Of a DNA stretch of 64,000 bases, positions 1-13,167 are shown in pieces. Each line of letters starts with the position of its first letter. Within the stretch, counting starts at the first letter, position 1. A program made the position numbers and the translations under genes. A model generated the notes under the pieces. That model did not search any database and was not told the origin of the DNA. It saw only the letters and a list, made by a program, of their open reading frames with translations. The stretch comes from the human T2T-CHM13v2.0 reference genome, Homo sapiens, in assembly GCF_009914755.1 (NCBI RefSeq), contig NC_060941.1; one strand, given 5' to 3'.

Positions 1-224
1 TGAAGGAGTTGTAGTTTTCGATTGTGAATACTTTCTAATAAAATTATATTGACGATCCAGTGTTCTAGTCATTGACACTGTAGCAGTGAACAAAACATCC
101 TGATGTAACCTGGATAGAGGTACAAGCCTGAAACCAGTTTCACAATTTCTGTAGTAAAGTAATAAGGGAGAATAATCAGTCTGAGATATTACAGAATGCA
201 GAGTTATAAATCAACATTTAATTT

Positions 225-660
225 CTTCCCATTAATGCAAATATATATTTCAGCACTGCCTCTCTGTCAGGTATTCAGAGATAAAGATACGATATGCAGG
301 CCGAGTGCAGTGGCTCACACCTGTAATCCCAGCACTGGGAGGCCGAGGTGGATCACTTGAAGTCAGGAGTTCGAGACCCCATCTCTACTAAAAATACAAA
401 AATTAGCCAGGTGTGGTGGCACATGTCTGTAATCCCAGCTACGCGGGAGGCTGAGGCAGGATAATTGCTTGAACCCAGGAGGTGGAGGTTGCAGTGAGTT
501 GAGCTTGCGCTCCACTGTACTCCAGCCTGGGTGACAGGGCAAGACCCTGTCTCAAAAAAAAAAAAAAAAATGCATAATCCAGTCCTTCTCCTTAAGGAGT
601 TCACTGTCTAGTGGTAAAAATCAACAATTAGAGCATGGTGTTACCAGTGTTATAATACAG
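225..660 (-). mobile_element. L2 3' fragment split by an Alu
   Basis: Degenerate L2 3'-end motifs on both sides of the Alu (aaatatatatttcagcactgcctctctgtcagg; ccttaaggagttcactgtctagtgg). Confidence 0.5.
299..570 (+). mobile_element. AluS with internal deletions
   Basis: ggccgagtgcagtggctcacacctgtaatccc head, dimer, A17 tail; 23-nt deletion after the B box. Confidence 0.95.
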
Positions 661-1028
661 CCCATACATATAACAAATGTATGTCTTGTTTTTAAAACCA
701 TAAGTATTCTACTGTGCTTGAATCAAAAACATGACACAGACTATTCTTTTGTGAATAGTACACAAACAAAGACATTTGACCTCCTGTCTGTGACAGGAAT
801 ATCAATAGCAGAATCTTTTTCTTAGTTGCTGTCAATACTCTTCCCTGTGCTAAGATGCAGGCCATGCTGCTGCTGTCCCAGCAGTCTTTTGGCACTCTCC
901 TCGTGGCCTTATCATGCAGTGTTCCCTACTGGTGTGGGAAGGAAGCCCTTTTTCCACCTTAGAGTCACCATCCATTGCATGGTTTTTTAGTAAAAGAAGC
1001 GCTCTCAGGAACTTTTATGTGAATTTGA

Positions 1029-1339
<311 letters not shown>

Positions 1340-1676
1340 TGATTCGAGTTCTTAAGGTTTCAGAGAGCATACAGTCATAAAACAGTCTCAGGAAGGACTC
1401 CAAAAGTACTCTGTATCTCCACTAAATGGAGCAGTCCTGTAAGTCTGAGTCCAAGTAGCTACTTTTCTTAGATTTACTTTCCTTACAGAGGATAACCTGG
1501 TCTGTCTCTCAAATTGACTATTTTCAGAACTGCTACACCAGACCTCTCGACATGCACAGATACACCTGAATCTGCAAGTGAAAATTGGAGGCTCCGGGTA
1601 GGTTTCCTTCTCAGTGCCCATCAACACATTTGCTCATCTTCCACAAACTGGTCAAAGTCTCTGGTCCAAATCTTCG

Positions 1677-1727
1677 TGATATAGGTTTTAAATCCCCACT
1701 ATTGATATAGGTATTAAATCCCCACTA
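1677..1727. repeat. Tandem duplication, 26-bp period
   Basis: tgatataggttttaaatccccacta and tgatataggtattaaatccccacta, one mismatch. Confidence 0.9.
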
Positions 1728-1889
1728 CTCACTTCCTTCCCTCCAAAGAAAAAGTGAGATTATCAAATGCAACCCACTCCCTTTTATGATGTTTTCAACC
1801 AAATAATCTTTGTGCTTTGAGAAATAAGCAAATAAAAGCATACAGAAATATACAGACATTCACAGGACCTGCAGGAAACTTAACAAGCA

Positions 1890-2567
<678 letters not shown>

Positions 2568-2918
2568 CAGTGCATCTCCAAAGCACACTAGACATGGAGC
2601 AATTAGGCATCACTTACAAATACAGTGATAGAGGAGGAACTTCTTTGTATCTTCTCCCTAAAATATTACTTTCATCTTTTCTTGACTCAAATTTCTTTAC
2701 TTGCCTTGTTAGTGTATAGAGGATGGGATTTGAGGAATCTGTATGTGCTTGTTTCATTCCTGTTTTAAGAGCACACTTTGTTGACCTGGCTCTCCCCATG
2801 GTGGTGCCTGGAGTGACACTGACAAAAAAAATAGAACTTAGGGATGTTCATTCAAGAATATATCAGCTGCACCCTAGGGAAGCTGAATGAGACAGTACGG
2901 TTGCTAGTTTGCATAGAA

Positions 2919-3107
2919 AAGTGGCTCTCAAAATGTGATCTCTGGATCAGCAGCAGCAGCATTGCCTCGTTATTTGTAATAAATGCAAATTATCTACCTT
3001 TGAACTCAGATATACTGAATCAGAGGTTCTTGGGGTGGGACCTAGAAATCTGTGCTTTAATAAACCTCCCAGTGATTCTAATGCACACTAAAGTTTGAGA
3101 ACAACTA
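2919..3107 (+). mobile_element. MER5A (hAT-Charlie MITE)
   Basis: TIRs agtggctctcaaa / tttgagaacaact; internal aaatgcaaatt and tactgaatcaga motifs; ~189 bp. Confidence 0.85.
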
Positions 3108-4249
3108 TAAATATATATGTGTAAAGAAAGTCTCCTGTCAGATACTTGCCTGCTGTTTACATCATCCTCAGTGCCTCCCTTTTTACTTAGTAAAGATTGT
3201 TCATTAGACTTCCATCTTAGTTCACTATCTTCACTATTATGCCTCATTAACATTGTGTTATAATTAGTTATATCACTAGGGGGCTTTATCTTTCCAGAGA
3301 CAGAGGTTTAAACTATGCAGTCAGCTCTCTTCATCAGACCTTTTAGTCAACCATCTCATAGACTATACTGGGCCCTGTTTCTGTCTGCTTATTGTGTGTT
3401 ACTACTTTTCACTGCTGATCATTCCTCACTGTGCTTCAGATGTTTCTTTTGTAAAAATAATAATGACTTGGCTTTTTCTTCATTTCCTGTTTTGACTTTT
3501 TCTTACTTATATATTAATAACATGACTGACATATATACCCTTTACAGGGAGATATATAACTAGCAGAAAAAACACAACACCACATTTCCCTAAATTAAAA
3601 AAAAAATCAAACAAATTTATTATAATAAGGGTTTTTTAATAAGATTGTTTATTACTATTTATTGTATTGATTTATGCTTTTCATTCATGTTATTTCTACT
3701 ACAACTACCTCTACCTTCAATACCTACTTTAACTCATACTAACATTTCCCCTCAATATTGATGATCCTTACTTCTCTAAGAGACTTTAAACAGAACTCTC
3801 CATTCAACTACTGCAAATGAAGCAATAATTTTTGACCCCTTTAATATCTTTTTCAAGCCATTATTATATTTGTAATTTAAAGGGCATAATTTAACATTGT
3901 ATCATTATTCATAGTTTTAATATAAAGTCTATGCACTAGTACACTCTCTTAATTTTATGCCATTTTTCTTTGATTTATCATAATATCACCAAAGACCACA
4001 GGATTATAAAATAATACATTGTCAAATTACCTATGTTACTGCAATTCTGGTTTTCTTTTTGGCTGTATCCATTCTAAAAGCTCTTCTCTTTGTAAATAAT
4101 TTCCGATACCTTAGCTATCAGTAGAATAATCTTAGAGAACAGCCCTCTGGTACACTATTATATCACCACTTCTACCTCCCTAAATGGTTTGTCCATGCTG
4201 TCTTATTTTCCGCCACAAATGGAAAGCCGCTATAGTGTAAGTAGGTGGT

Positions 4250-4490
4250 TAATTAGTTAAGAAGGTGGGTTCTAGAGTAGTACAACATGAATGAAAATTG
4301 CAATGCCTGAAATCTAGCATTTGTGTGGCCTTAGGCAAGTTACTCAACCTCATAATACCTTAGTCTCTTTGTCTGAAGAATGAAGACAGTCATTGCAATC
4401 ACTGTACAGAACTGTTGTAAGCATGAAATGTGTTAATGTGTGTGACACATCTGGCACGTTTTAAGCATTCCAATCTCTAGCTATGATTAC
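4250..4490 (+). mobile_element. MIR
   Basis: Core tgtgtggccttaggcaagttactcaacctc and 3' ttgtaagcatgaaatg. Confidence 0.8.
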
Positions 4491-6663
4491 ATTTCACCTG
4501 CTAAATTAGCACATCATTACACTGGAATCATTCTTGTTTATTTTGGTGACTTAGATTAAACAGAGAAGCTGTGAGGATCATATTTCAATACTTAATTTTA
4601 TATGGTTAGTAATGGTAACCATAATGATTGACACCACATGACTCATTTACCATTCCAGAAATGGCTCATCTGAACCATTTATCTTCTGCTCTGGGGAGGC
4701 ATTTTATCCTGTAGTGTTGTACTTCAAGTAAGCCTAGATTCCTAGATCCCATTTGAGAATCATTATATTGGGCACATTTGACTAGGGTCAAGGCTTATCG
4801 TGGTACTATTAGACGTCTCCAAATATCTGTCTTTTTTCTAGCGTAGGGCACAGTTAACGAACAAGATATAAGCAAGTGCCATCTTGGGGAAGCAAAATTG
4901 TGGAAAAGGCAACTGACCATAAACCATGTCAAATCAGATTTATTAGCAAGTAGTCCACCCCTACTAAACAATATCAAATAACTGGTTTGCATGATTTACC
5001 AGAAACTGCTTAATTTGAATAATTATTTAGAGAATGTTACCATGTTAGAACTGTATTATTATATTTTTTCAAGTGATATATAACAATATAACACAGACCA
5101 TATTTTCTGGATCTGAACACTAAGATTTCAAGTATCACAGTAGCCCATATTGAATTACCTTAAGTTGAAATGTAATACCCATATCAAAAAATATGCCAGC
5201 ATAAACTTCAGGTTTCTCATTGGCTAAGTCAACTTTATTCCAGTCTGTCAAATCACATTTATTATTTTTCCTGGAATCACAATTAATTAAGGTAACATTT
5301 ACTAAGACATGTTAAATAAATGAATCTTTTTTCCAAAGCAATCTCCTTCACTATAGATGTTTTACCATGTAATGATAAATGAAGGCAGTAGAACAGATGC
5401 CCAGGAAAAAGACTAAGTTTGTCCTTACTCTAGAAACCATTTAAAGCATCTATCTATGGCTTTTTGAAATTAAACTATAATGAAATAAAGATAAGAACTT
5501 TGAGCAGTTGTATATAAAATTAATTTTTAATATGGAATGGTTAATTTGAGTAATTCATACATGCAAATAACAGCCAACCAGAAAGCTCTGGAGTTGGCTT
5601 TCATTAATTAACCTAGATAGAAATCAACCAGTTAGTCATATCCTCAAATTCTGATTGATGCTTCATTACCTACAAAGACAAAATTAATTTTATACTTATG
5701 CCAGGACAAATGATAACAGAGAAAAATAACTAGTTTCATATGTATTATTAACTTTTATGAATTAATCCATTCCACAAGTATACAAGAAGGGCTAGAAGAT
5801 ACCAGTTTACAGGGTGGTAATTAACAACTTTTAGACCTGTGTGCTTTACAGAGAGTTCTAAGCCACATGATTTTATTTAATTCCCACAAAAACACTGGGA
5901 AGTAAGGGTTATTTTAAAATACTACTTTATTGATACATAATTTTGCCCCCATCTTAAGTATATAGTTTAGAGAATTGTGACAAATTTATACAACTATGAA
6001 ACCTCCAAACAGCAAATCTAAGAATAAATACTTAATTCTGTGTTATGACTCCACATTCATTGACATTTCCATTATCTCATGCTGCTTCTCATTTTATTCC
6101 ATTTCGCCTTGACTATTGGGTGAGAAAGTACATATCAAAATGTATACTTTGATAGATTTTTCTCTTTCAAAGTAAAATTTAATAGCTTTTAGCATTATTT
6201 CAGCTGAGCTGTTTGTAGAAATGAGGTTTATAATATTAAGCCTGAAAAAACACTACAATTTTCTGTTTGCATAATTGTGATCTGATGTATTTCCAAAAGT
6301 CTGTTTGTTGCTGTCATTGGTACTGGTGGTGAGTGCTGTAAGATCCCAGTAATAAACAGTACTGGATATATCATCTAGAAATTAATTATGTGTGTTGCAT
6401 TTGAAAGATAAACTTTAAAATTCTTCTTGTACACATTTTGCAGACATTTTTAAGTGCAAAGAGAAGAATCTGCTACTCTGTCCCAGCCCCTTATCTTCAG
6501 AAGCAGGTTTTTATTCAAGAGCTCTGTGATGTCTACTGTAAGTGAAAAGGGATGAAATCAGCAAACAAAAGACTTGCCTTCCTGGCTCAGTTCTGCTTGG
6601 GGCTCTGTTATTTAGCTTTCTTTTTTCTTTCCTGGCAGATGCTATGCCAAACACGATACATGT

Positions 6664-7020
6664 TGTCCTAGATTGGGTTCCCTAGAAGCAAAATCTCCAG
6701 AATTCCTTTGTATGTTTTAGTTGTGTGCTCTCAGGATAAACAGATAAACAAGTAAAGGAATTGGGGTAGGGGAAGTGGAAGGAATCATGCACGTATCTAG
6801 ACATAAATTGAACCTGAGTCTGTCCCTCCTTGAGGCAAGAGAGCAAGGCCTTTATAGTTTACTCACTGCCCAAGACGTTTTTGACCACAGACACCTTGGA
6901 GTAAGATAGGTGGCCAACCTCCCAGGTAACTTTCAGAGAGGTGACTTCAACTACCCAAGAGCAATTCCTGCAGATAAAGACATTTTCCAAAGCATCAGCA
7001 GTGGCTGGGTGATGAGCATA
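6664..7020. mobile_element. Old ERVL-class LTR fragment (LTR16/LTR33-like)
   Basis: Terminus tgtcctagattgggttccctagaagc resembles old ERVL LTR ends; heavily diverged. Confidence 0.4.
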
Positions 7021-7129
7021 AGAAAATAACTAGAAAAGGGGAATTATAGAGGAGTGGTTGGGTGGGGTAGAGCGGGTGGGGTCAGGCATTCAACACTGCT
7101 ATCACACCTGTACTACCTTTTTCTGTTGT

Positions 7130-7260
7130 CAACATATTTTTAATACCTCATCCACTTTACAGGAAACAAAGTAAGGCCTTAAGAGGCTCAACAAGTTGCC
7201 TGGTGGTCACATGGTCAGCCATAGTAGTGCTAGAGTTTGTATCTTCTATTTATGTAGCTC
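7130..7260 (-). mobile_element. MIR fragment
   Basis: ccactttacag...aagttgcctggtggtcacatgg. Confidence 0.55.
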
Positions 7261-7469
7261 CAAATGATCAACAGAAAAGAAAAATAATCTTCTAAAAATC
7301 TAAAACAGGCAATAGATTATACAGATGATAGATGTGCCCACCATTCATATTGCTGCTATTACTTGAAAAATCTATTATTCTGACTGTACTTAACTTGCTA
7401 TTGCAGGGACCCTGTTTCCATCCACTGAAGCCTCCCGAATACTTTCTTTAAGCCTCACTTTGATATATC

Positions 7470-7900
7470 AAGAGAGCTCTGGGAAGAGAGGCAGGATGGT
7501 GGACTAGACCCAGTCCAGAGGAATATCTGACACCAAGTGACTGAGGGACAGGGACATTGGGAAGACTAGTACACTCCAAATAAATCTTTGGAGGGAAGGT
7601 ATTGAGTGGACAGAGGGAGGAAACAGACACTAGGCTGAAGGGAGAGGAAGCTGGGAACTCTGCATGGGGCTACTGTGCAGCAGGATTCCTTCCTGTCCCC
7701 CAGCGATTCCTGGGGAAGGAGTAAGTTGAACAAGCGAGGAATGATCTGCTCTTGCAGGGACTTCTGGAATCCTGGCAGCAGGAGATCCCATGGCCCCTGT
7801 GAACACTTAAGCTGGCAGAGAGAACTGCTTAGAAGTGTTAGGGGTGGGAACTGCAGTGGAGCATGGCCAGCTATGCCCATCCTGTAAGGCCCACTTTGCT
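7470..7900 (+). mobile_element. Older primate L1 5' UTR fragment (L1PA13-16/L1PB-like)
   Basis: GC-richer island starting ggcaggatggtggactaga, like the L1 caagatggc start; no ORF1 follows. Confidence 0.5.
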
Positions 7901-8577
7901 TCCCTAGAAGACTTGAGCGTTAGGGCTAGCATATAGGAATGCAATTGAGTTACATAAACGTTGCATTCTTATTCTCTTCTATACTCACTTATTAGTTCCA
8001 GGATTTTTCTTGGTCATTTATTTGAATTTTATGCATAGAAAATAAAATCATCTGCAAATTTTTTCTTCCCGTCTTGGCTTGCCTTCTCATGCTCCTGACA
8101 GTAACTTTCACAGAGTAGTTTTTAATTTTAATGAAGTTCAGTTGATCAATTATTTGTTTCGTGGATTGTATCTTTGTGTTGAGTCTAAAAGTCATTGCCA
8201 GACCCAGGGTCACTGAAATTTTTATGTTATCTTCTAGGAGGTTTTCACTTTATATTTAGAATATATAACATGTACATTCCGTTTTGAGTGAATCAGATTT
8301 TACTATTTATTTTATTCTGTTTTTCATTAGACTTAAATTTCTCTTCATTTGCTTTTTTCCTGAGGTAGAAGCGTAAGCTTTTTATTTTAGTTATATATTT
8401 TCTAATATGTAAATTTAATGCTATGAATTTATCTCTGAGCACTTTTGCTGTATCCCATGCTATTTTTAAGTTGTCTTTCTGTTTTCACTCAGCTCAAAAT
8501 TAGTTTTTAAAATTAACTTGAAAATTCTTTGACTTATGTGCTATTTAGCAGTATGTTGTTTAATTTCCATGGACTTG

Positions 8578-9441
8578 GATTTTTTTTTCAACTGTTTTTA
8601 TGGATTAAAGATACACATGCAGGTTTGTTAGATGGCTAACAGGATTAAAGATACACATGCAGGTTTGTTAGATGCTTAGGGTCCCAAAGACCCCATCACC
8701 CAGGCTGTAAGCATAGTACTCAACAGGTGGTTTTTTAGGCAATGTCCCCCTGCCCCCACATTTGGTGGTCCCCACTGTCTGTTGTTCCCGTCTTTATGTT
8801 CATGTGTATTCAGTGTTTAGCTGCTACTCATAAGTGAGAACATGCAGTATTTTGTTTTTTGTTCTGTGTTAGGTTGCTTAGGATAATGGCCTCCAGCTCC
8901 ATCCATGTTGCTGCAGAGGACATGATTACATTCTTTTTTATGGCTGCGTAGTATTAAATGGTGTATATGTAACACATTTTCTTTATCTAATCCACTGTTC
9001 ATGGGCACCTAGGTTGAATCCAAGTATATGCTATTGTGAAGAGTATTGCAATGAACGTATGGGTGCATGTGTCTTTTTGATAGAATGAATTATTTTCCTT
9101 CGGGTATATAACCAGTCAGTGGCATTGCTGAGTCGAATAATAGTTCAATTTAAGTATTTGAGAAATCTCCAAACTGCTGAAACAAACCAACAAGAATAAA
9201 ACAAAATAATCTCATTTAAAAATGGACAAAGGACATGAACAGACACTCTCCAAATAAGACATACAACGGCCAAAAACATAAAAAAATGCTCAACATCACC
9301 AATCATCAGAGATGAGAAACTAACTCCCATCAATGAGATACTATCTCACACCAATCAGAATAACAATTAGAAAAGGTCAAAAAACAACAAATGTTGGCGA
9401 GGCTGTGGAGCAAAGGCAATGCTTATACACTATTGGTGGGA
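8578..9441 (-). mobile_element. L1PB/old L1PA 3' end with 5' inversion
   Basis: Poly-T, 3' UTR and ORF2 end on minus to ~9178, then plus-strand ORF2 segment 9179-9441; host L1 resumes afterwards. Confidence 0.85.
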
Positions 9442-10254
9442 TACATTTCTTCTCTATTTCTTTTATTGATTTCTAGTTTAATTGCAATGTGATCTGAGAA
9501 CATATGTGCGTAGCTTTCTTTTTTAAAACATTTGTTAAGTTGCATTTTATTGCTCATTTAATCCATGTTGGTGAATGTTTCATGTGAGTTTTGGAAGCAC
9601 GTGCATTCTGTTGTTGGATGCAGGTATCAATGTCTATTAGATGAAGCCAGTTAGTAGTGCTTTTGAAGTCCACTCTATCCTTACTGATTTTCTGCCTGCT
9701 TGATGTATCAATAACTAAAAAGAAGGTGTTGAAGTCATGGACTATGGTAGCAGATTTGTCAATTTGTCTTTGCAATTCTATCAGTTTTTTCTCACGTACT
9801 TTGAAACTCTCCAGTTTGGCATATTCATGTTTAAGGTTGCATGTCTTCACAGAAAATGACTGAGAGATCATTATATAATGCCCCTCTTTTCTTTGTTCTT
9901 AGGTATGCTTTATCTGAAATTAGTGACTCCAGCACTGCTCATATTAATATGAGCATGGTATTTCTTTCCTCACTCCTTTACTTTTAAACTTTTTAAGCTT
10001 TATATTCAAAAGAGTTTAAATATTCACTCTAAATATCTTTTTATTTTAACTGGTTTATTTCGACTATTTAAAGTGAGTATTGATATAGTTGGTTAATACA
10101 TTCGATTTTTGTAACTCCTCTTTATTCATTGCATTTGTTCTTTGGTTCATTTTTCTCCTTCCTTTGTATGCTTTCTTGATTTAAATTTAGCACTTTCTAT
10201 TATTATATTTTATCTGTTCTCTTAACATATCACTTACACTTCTTTTTAATTTTT

Positions 10255-10567
10255 AAGTTTTTGTTTTTAGATAGCATCTCTCTCTGTTGCCCCAGGCTGG
10301 AGTGCAGTGGCATGATCATGGCTCACTGCAGCCTCAACTCGCTTCTCTGCCCTGAGATCAATGGATCCTCCCACCTCAGCCTCCTGAGTAGCTGGGAGTA
10401 CAGGCACATGCCACCAGGCCCAGCTAATTTTTGTATTTTTTCTGTAGAGATGGGAGTGGTGTTTTGCCATGTTCCCCAGGCTGGTCTTAAACTCCTGAGC
10501 TCAAGTGATCTGGCACCTCTGCCTCCCAAGGTACTGGGATTACAGGCGTGAGTCACTGTGCCTGTCC
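10255..10567 (-). mobile_element. AluJ
   Basis: J-type gatcatggctcactgcagcctc and atcctcccacctcagcc; TSD tctttttaattttt / tctttttagttttt. Confidence 0.92.
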
Positions 10568-11425
10568 TCTTTTTAGTTTTTTTATTGTTTGCCTTAAAGT
10601 TTCCAATAGGAATTTTTAGGTAGCTTAAGTCCACCTACATATAACGTTATGCCACTTCACATATAAGGCAGGTACATGATAAAAGAGTATTCCTAATTCT
10701 TCTTACCTGTCCCTGAGACTTTGATCCCTATGGCATTGCTTACAATTCATTCCACTTATCCATATTTTGTAATCACCCAGTACATTGTTACCAATATTAC
10801 TTCATACAAATAATTAACTTATAAATAAAGAATAGGAAAAAAAAACCTTAATCTATCATCATTTATTCTTTCCCCCGAATCCTTCCTTTCTTCATGTATA
10901 ACAGGTCCAAGTTTCTGATGGATAGCATTTTCCTTTTTCTAGTGAAATTCTTTTAATGTTTATTGAAAGGAAGATCTCGTAACCATAAAGTCCCTGTTTT
11001 GTTTGTCAGATAAAGTTATGATATCTCCTTTACTTTTAAAGTATAATTTTGTAGGACATAGATTTCTAAATTGCTGGGGATTCTTTCTTTCAATACTTTA
11101 TTTCAACTCCATTTCTTTCTTGCTTGCATATTTCCTGATGATAAGTCTGCTGTAATTTTTATCCTTGTTCCTTTATAGGCAAGATGTTCCCCTCCTCACC
11201 AGCTGCTTTCAATATTTTCTCTGGCTTCAATTTTTTGCTATCTAAGTATGATATGTGTAAGAGTAATTCTGCAGGATTTATACTATTTGCTTTTCTCAGA
11301 GCTTCCTAGATCTATGGTTTGATATCTGTCATTATTTTTGGAAAGGTTTTGTCTATTATTATATCAAATATTTCTCCTGCTCCATTCTAAGTTTTTCTTT
11401 TTCTGCTATTCCAGTTTTATTTATA

Positions 11426-11508
11426 TTAGGTTAGTGTAAAAGCAATAGTGTTTTTTGCCAAGACTTTAAAAAAATGGCAAAACAGCATTTACTTTTGTAC
11501 CAACCTAA
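11426..11508. mobile_element. MADE1 (Hsmar1-derived MITE)
   Basis: ttaggttagtgtaaaagcaat...tttacttttgtaccaacctaa palindrome of ~83 bp with TA on both sides. Confidence 0.92.
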
Positions 11509-11629
11509 TATATTAGTTACATATTTGGAAATTATGCTGTAGATCTTGGATCTGTTTTTAACTTTTTAATTTTTATTTTTGACTTTGAAATTCAGTTTAG
11601 AAACTTTATTTTTCATTTTTACTTTTTCT

Positions 11630-12119
11630 CCCTTTATTTTTAACTGATATATGATAATTGTATATATTTATGAAGTACATAGCGATGCTTTGGTACATAT
11701 AATGTATGGATGTCAGATCAGGTAATTAGCATATCCATCAATTCAAACAGTTATAATTTTTTGTGTTGGCGACATTAATATCCCCCTTCTAGCTATTTAA
11801 AACTCTATAATAATTATCCTATTGTCATCCTACAATGCTATAGAACGCTAGAATTCCTCCTATTGAGCTGTAACTTTATATCCTTTAGGAAATCTTTCCC
11901 TATGCTTTTTTCCCCTCACCCTCCACAGTCTCTGGTGTCCTGTGTTCCACTTTTTACTTCTATGAGATCAACTGTCTTTAGCTTCCACACATGAGTGAGT
12001 ACATGCAGTGTTTAACTTTCTGTTCCTGGCTTGTTTCATTTAATATGTTGTCCTTCAGTTTCATCCATGTTGCCACAAATGACAGGATTTTATTCTTCTG
12101 TATGGTAGAATAGTATTCC

Positions 12120-12169
<50 letters not shown>

Positions 12170-12536
12170 CATATATATATATATCACATTTTCTTTATCC
12201 ATTTATCTGTTGTTGGACACTTAGGTTGATTCCATATCTTGGCTATTGTGAATAGTGCTACAATAAACATGGGCATGCAGATGTCTCTTTGATATACCGA
12301 TTTCCTTTCTTTGGATTAAATACCCAATAGTGGGTTTGCTGGATCCTATGGTAGTTATATTTGTGGTTTTTTGAGAAACCTTCACACTGTTATTCATTGT
12401 GTCTATGCTAGTTTACATTCCCACCAACAGTGCATAAACATTTCCTTTTCTCTGCGTCCTTGCCAGTAGTTGTTACTTTTTGTCTTTTTAATAACAGCCA
12501 TGCTAAATAGAGTGAGGTGATAACTCATTGTAGTTG
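11630..12536 (-). mobile_element. L1MA 3' end (5'-truncated)
   Basis: L1MA-type 3' UTR (cagatcaggtaattagcatatcc); ORF2 end TMEYYSTIQKNKILSFVATWMKL. Confidence 0.85.
12122..12184. repeat. (TG)22 followed by (TA)n
   Basis: Direct read. Confidence 0.97.
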
Positions 12537-13125
12537 CCTCCAGAAATCCATCAAATCTACCACTTAAGTGTTCTCCTCATTTAATATTCTAGTGGCATCT
12601 GCTCCAGGTAAGTAGTTTTTAGCTATGACTCTCTGGATTTGCCTGTCTTTCCAGATTTCAGGGTAGCAGATTTCCCTGAAACCTCAGTTCTCTGAAGGCT
12701 CCAAGAAAAGTTGTTGATTTTCAGTTGATTTAGTCTTTTTTTCTTATTGTGAGGATAGCAATCTTCTAAGCTCTTTACATATTGGAGCTGACACTAAAAG
12801 TCCTATTATATTATATCATAAATCAGTCCATGAATTTATATTATTTGCAACTGAAAAATTCTAGGTGATATTGAGTATAGATTTGTAAAGATATATTGAG
12901 GGAAATATGAGATATTTGCAATTGACTGGCTGGAATGCACAGTAAGTGATTTATCTGCCAACATTGGAGATGGAATCTGTAAACCCATAATATGTAGAGG
13001 GAAAATGGTGAATTCTTATCAGCTATGTCTGCCTGGACCCTTTTGACCATTTACATCAACACTCTGGAAATCTGCGTACTGGCTACCGCTAAACCATATA
13101 AAATAGATAAAAATTCCGAGGGGAA

Positions 13126-13167
13126 TTTTTATGTTTATACCTGGAGTTTTTATGCTTATACCTGGAG
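13126..13167. repeat. 21-bp tandem duplication
   Basis: tttttatgtttatacctggag and tttttatgcttatacctggag. Confidence 0.88.

Larger units (their letters stand above)
7960..12803 (-). mobile_element. Ancient L1M (L1MC/MD-type), 5' UTR to ORF2 pieces, hosting four later insertions
   Basis: 5' end at 12803 (reverse complement ggacttttagtgtcagctccaatatgtaaagagcttagaag); endonuclease-like peptide LIELQRQIDKSATIVHDFNT..ID..SRQKISKD in ORF 9554-9871. Confidence 0.7.

Noticed and set aside
353-604. Alu-derived ORFs (also 2097-2433, 10261-10634, 16028-16617, 36112-36431, 47003-47296, 48576-48889, 50357-50560, 54562-54885, 59485-59667)
   Set aside because: Typical Alu translation products with no gene context
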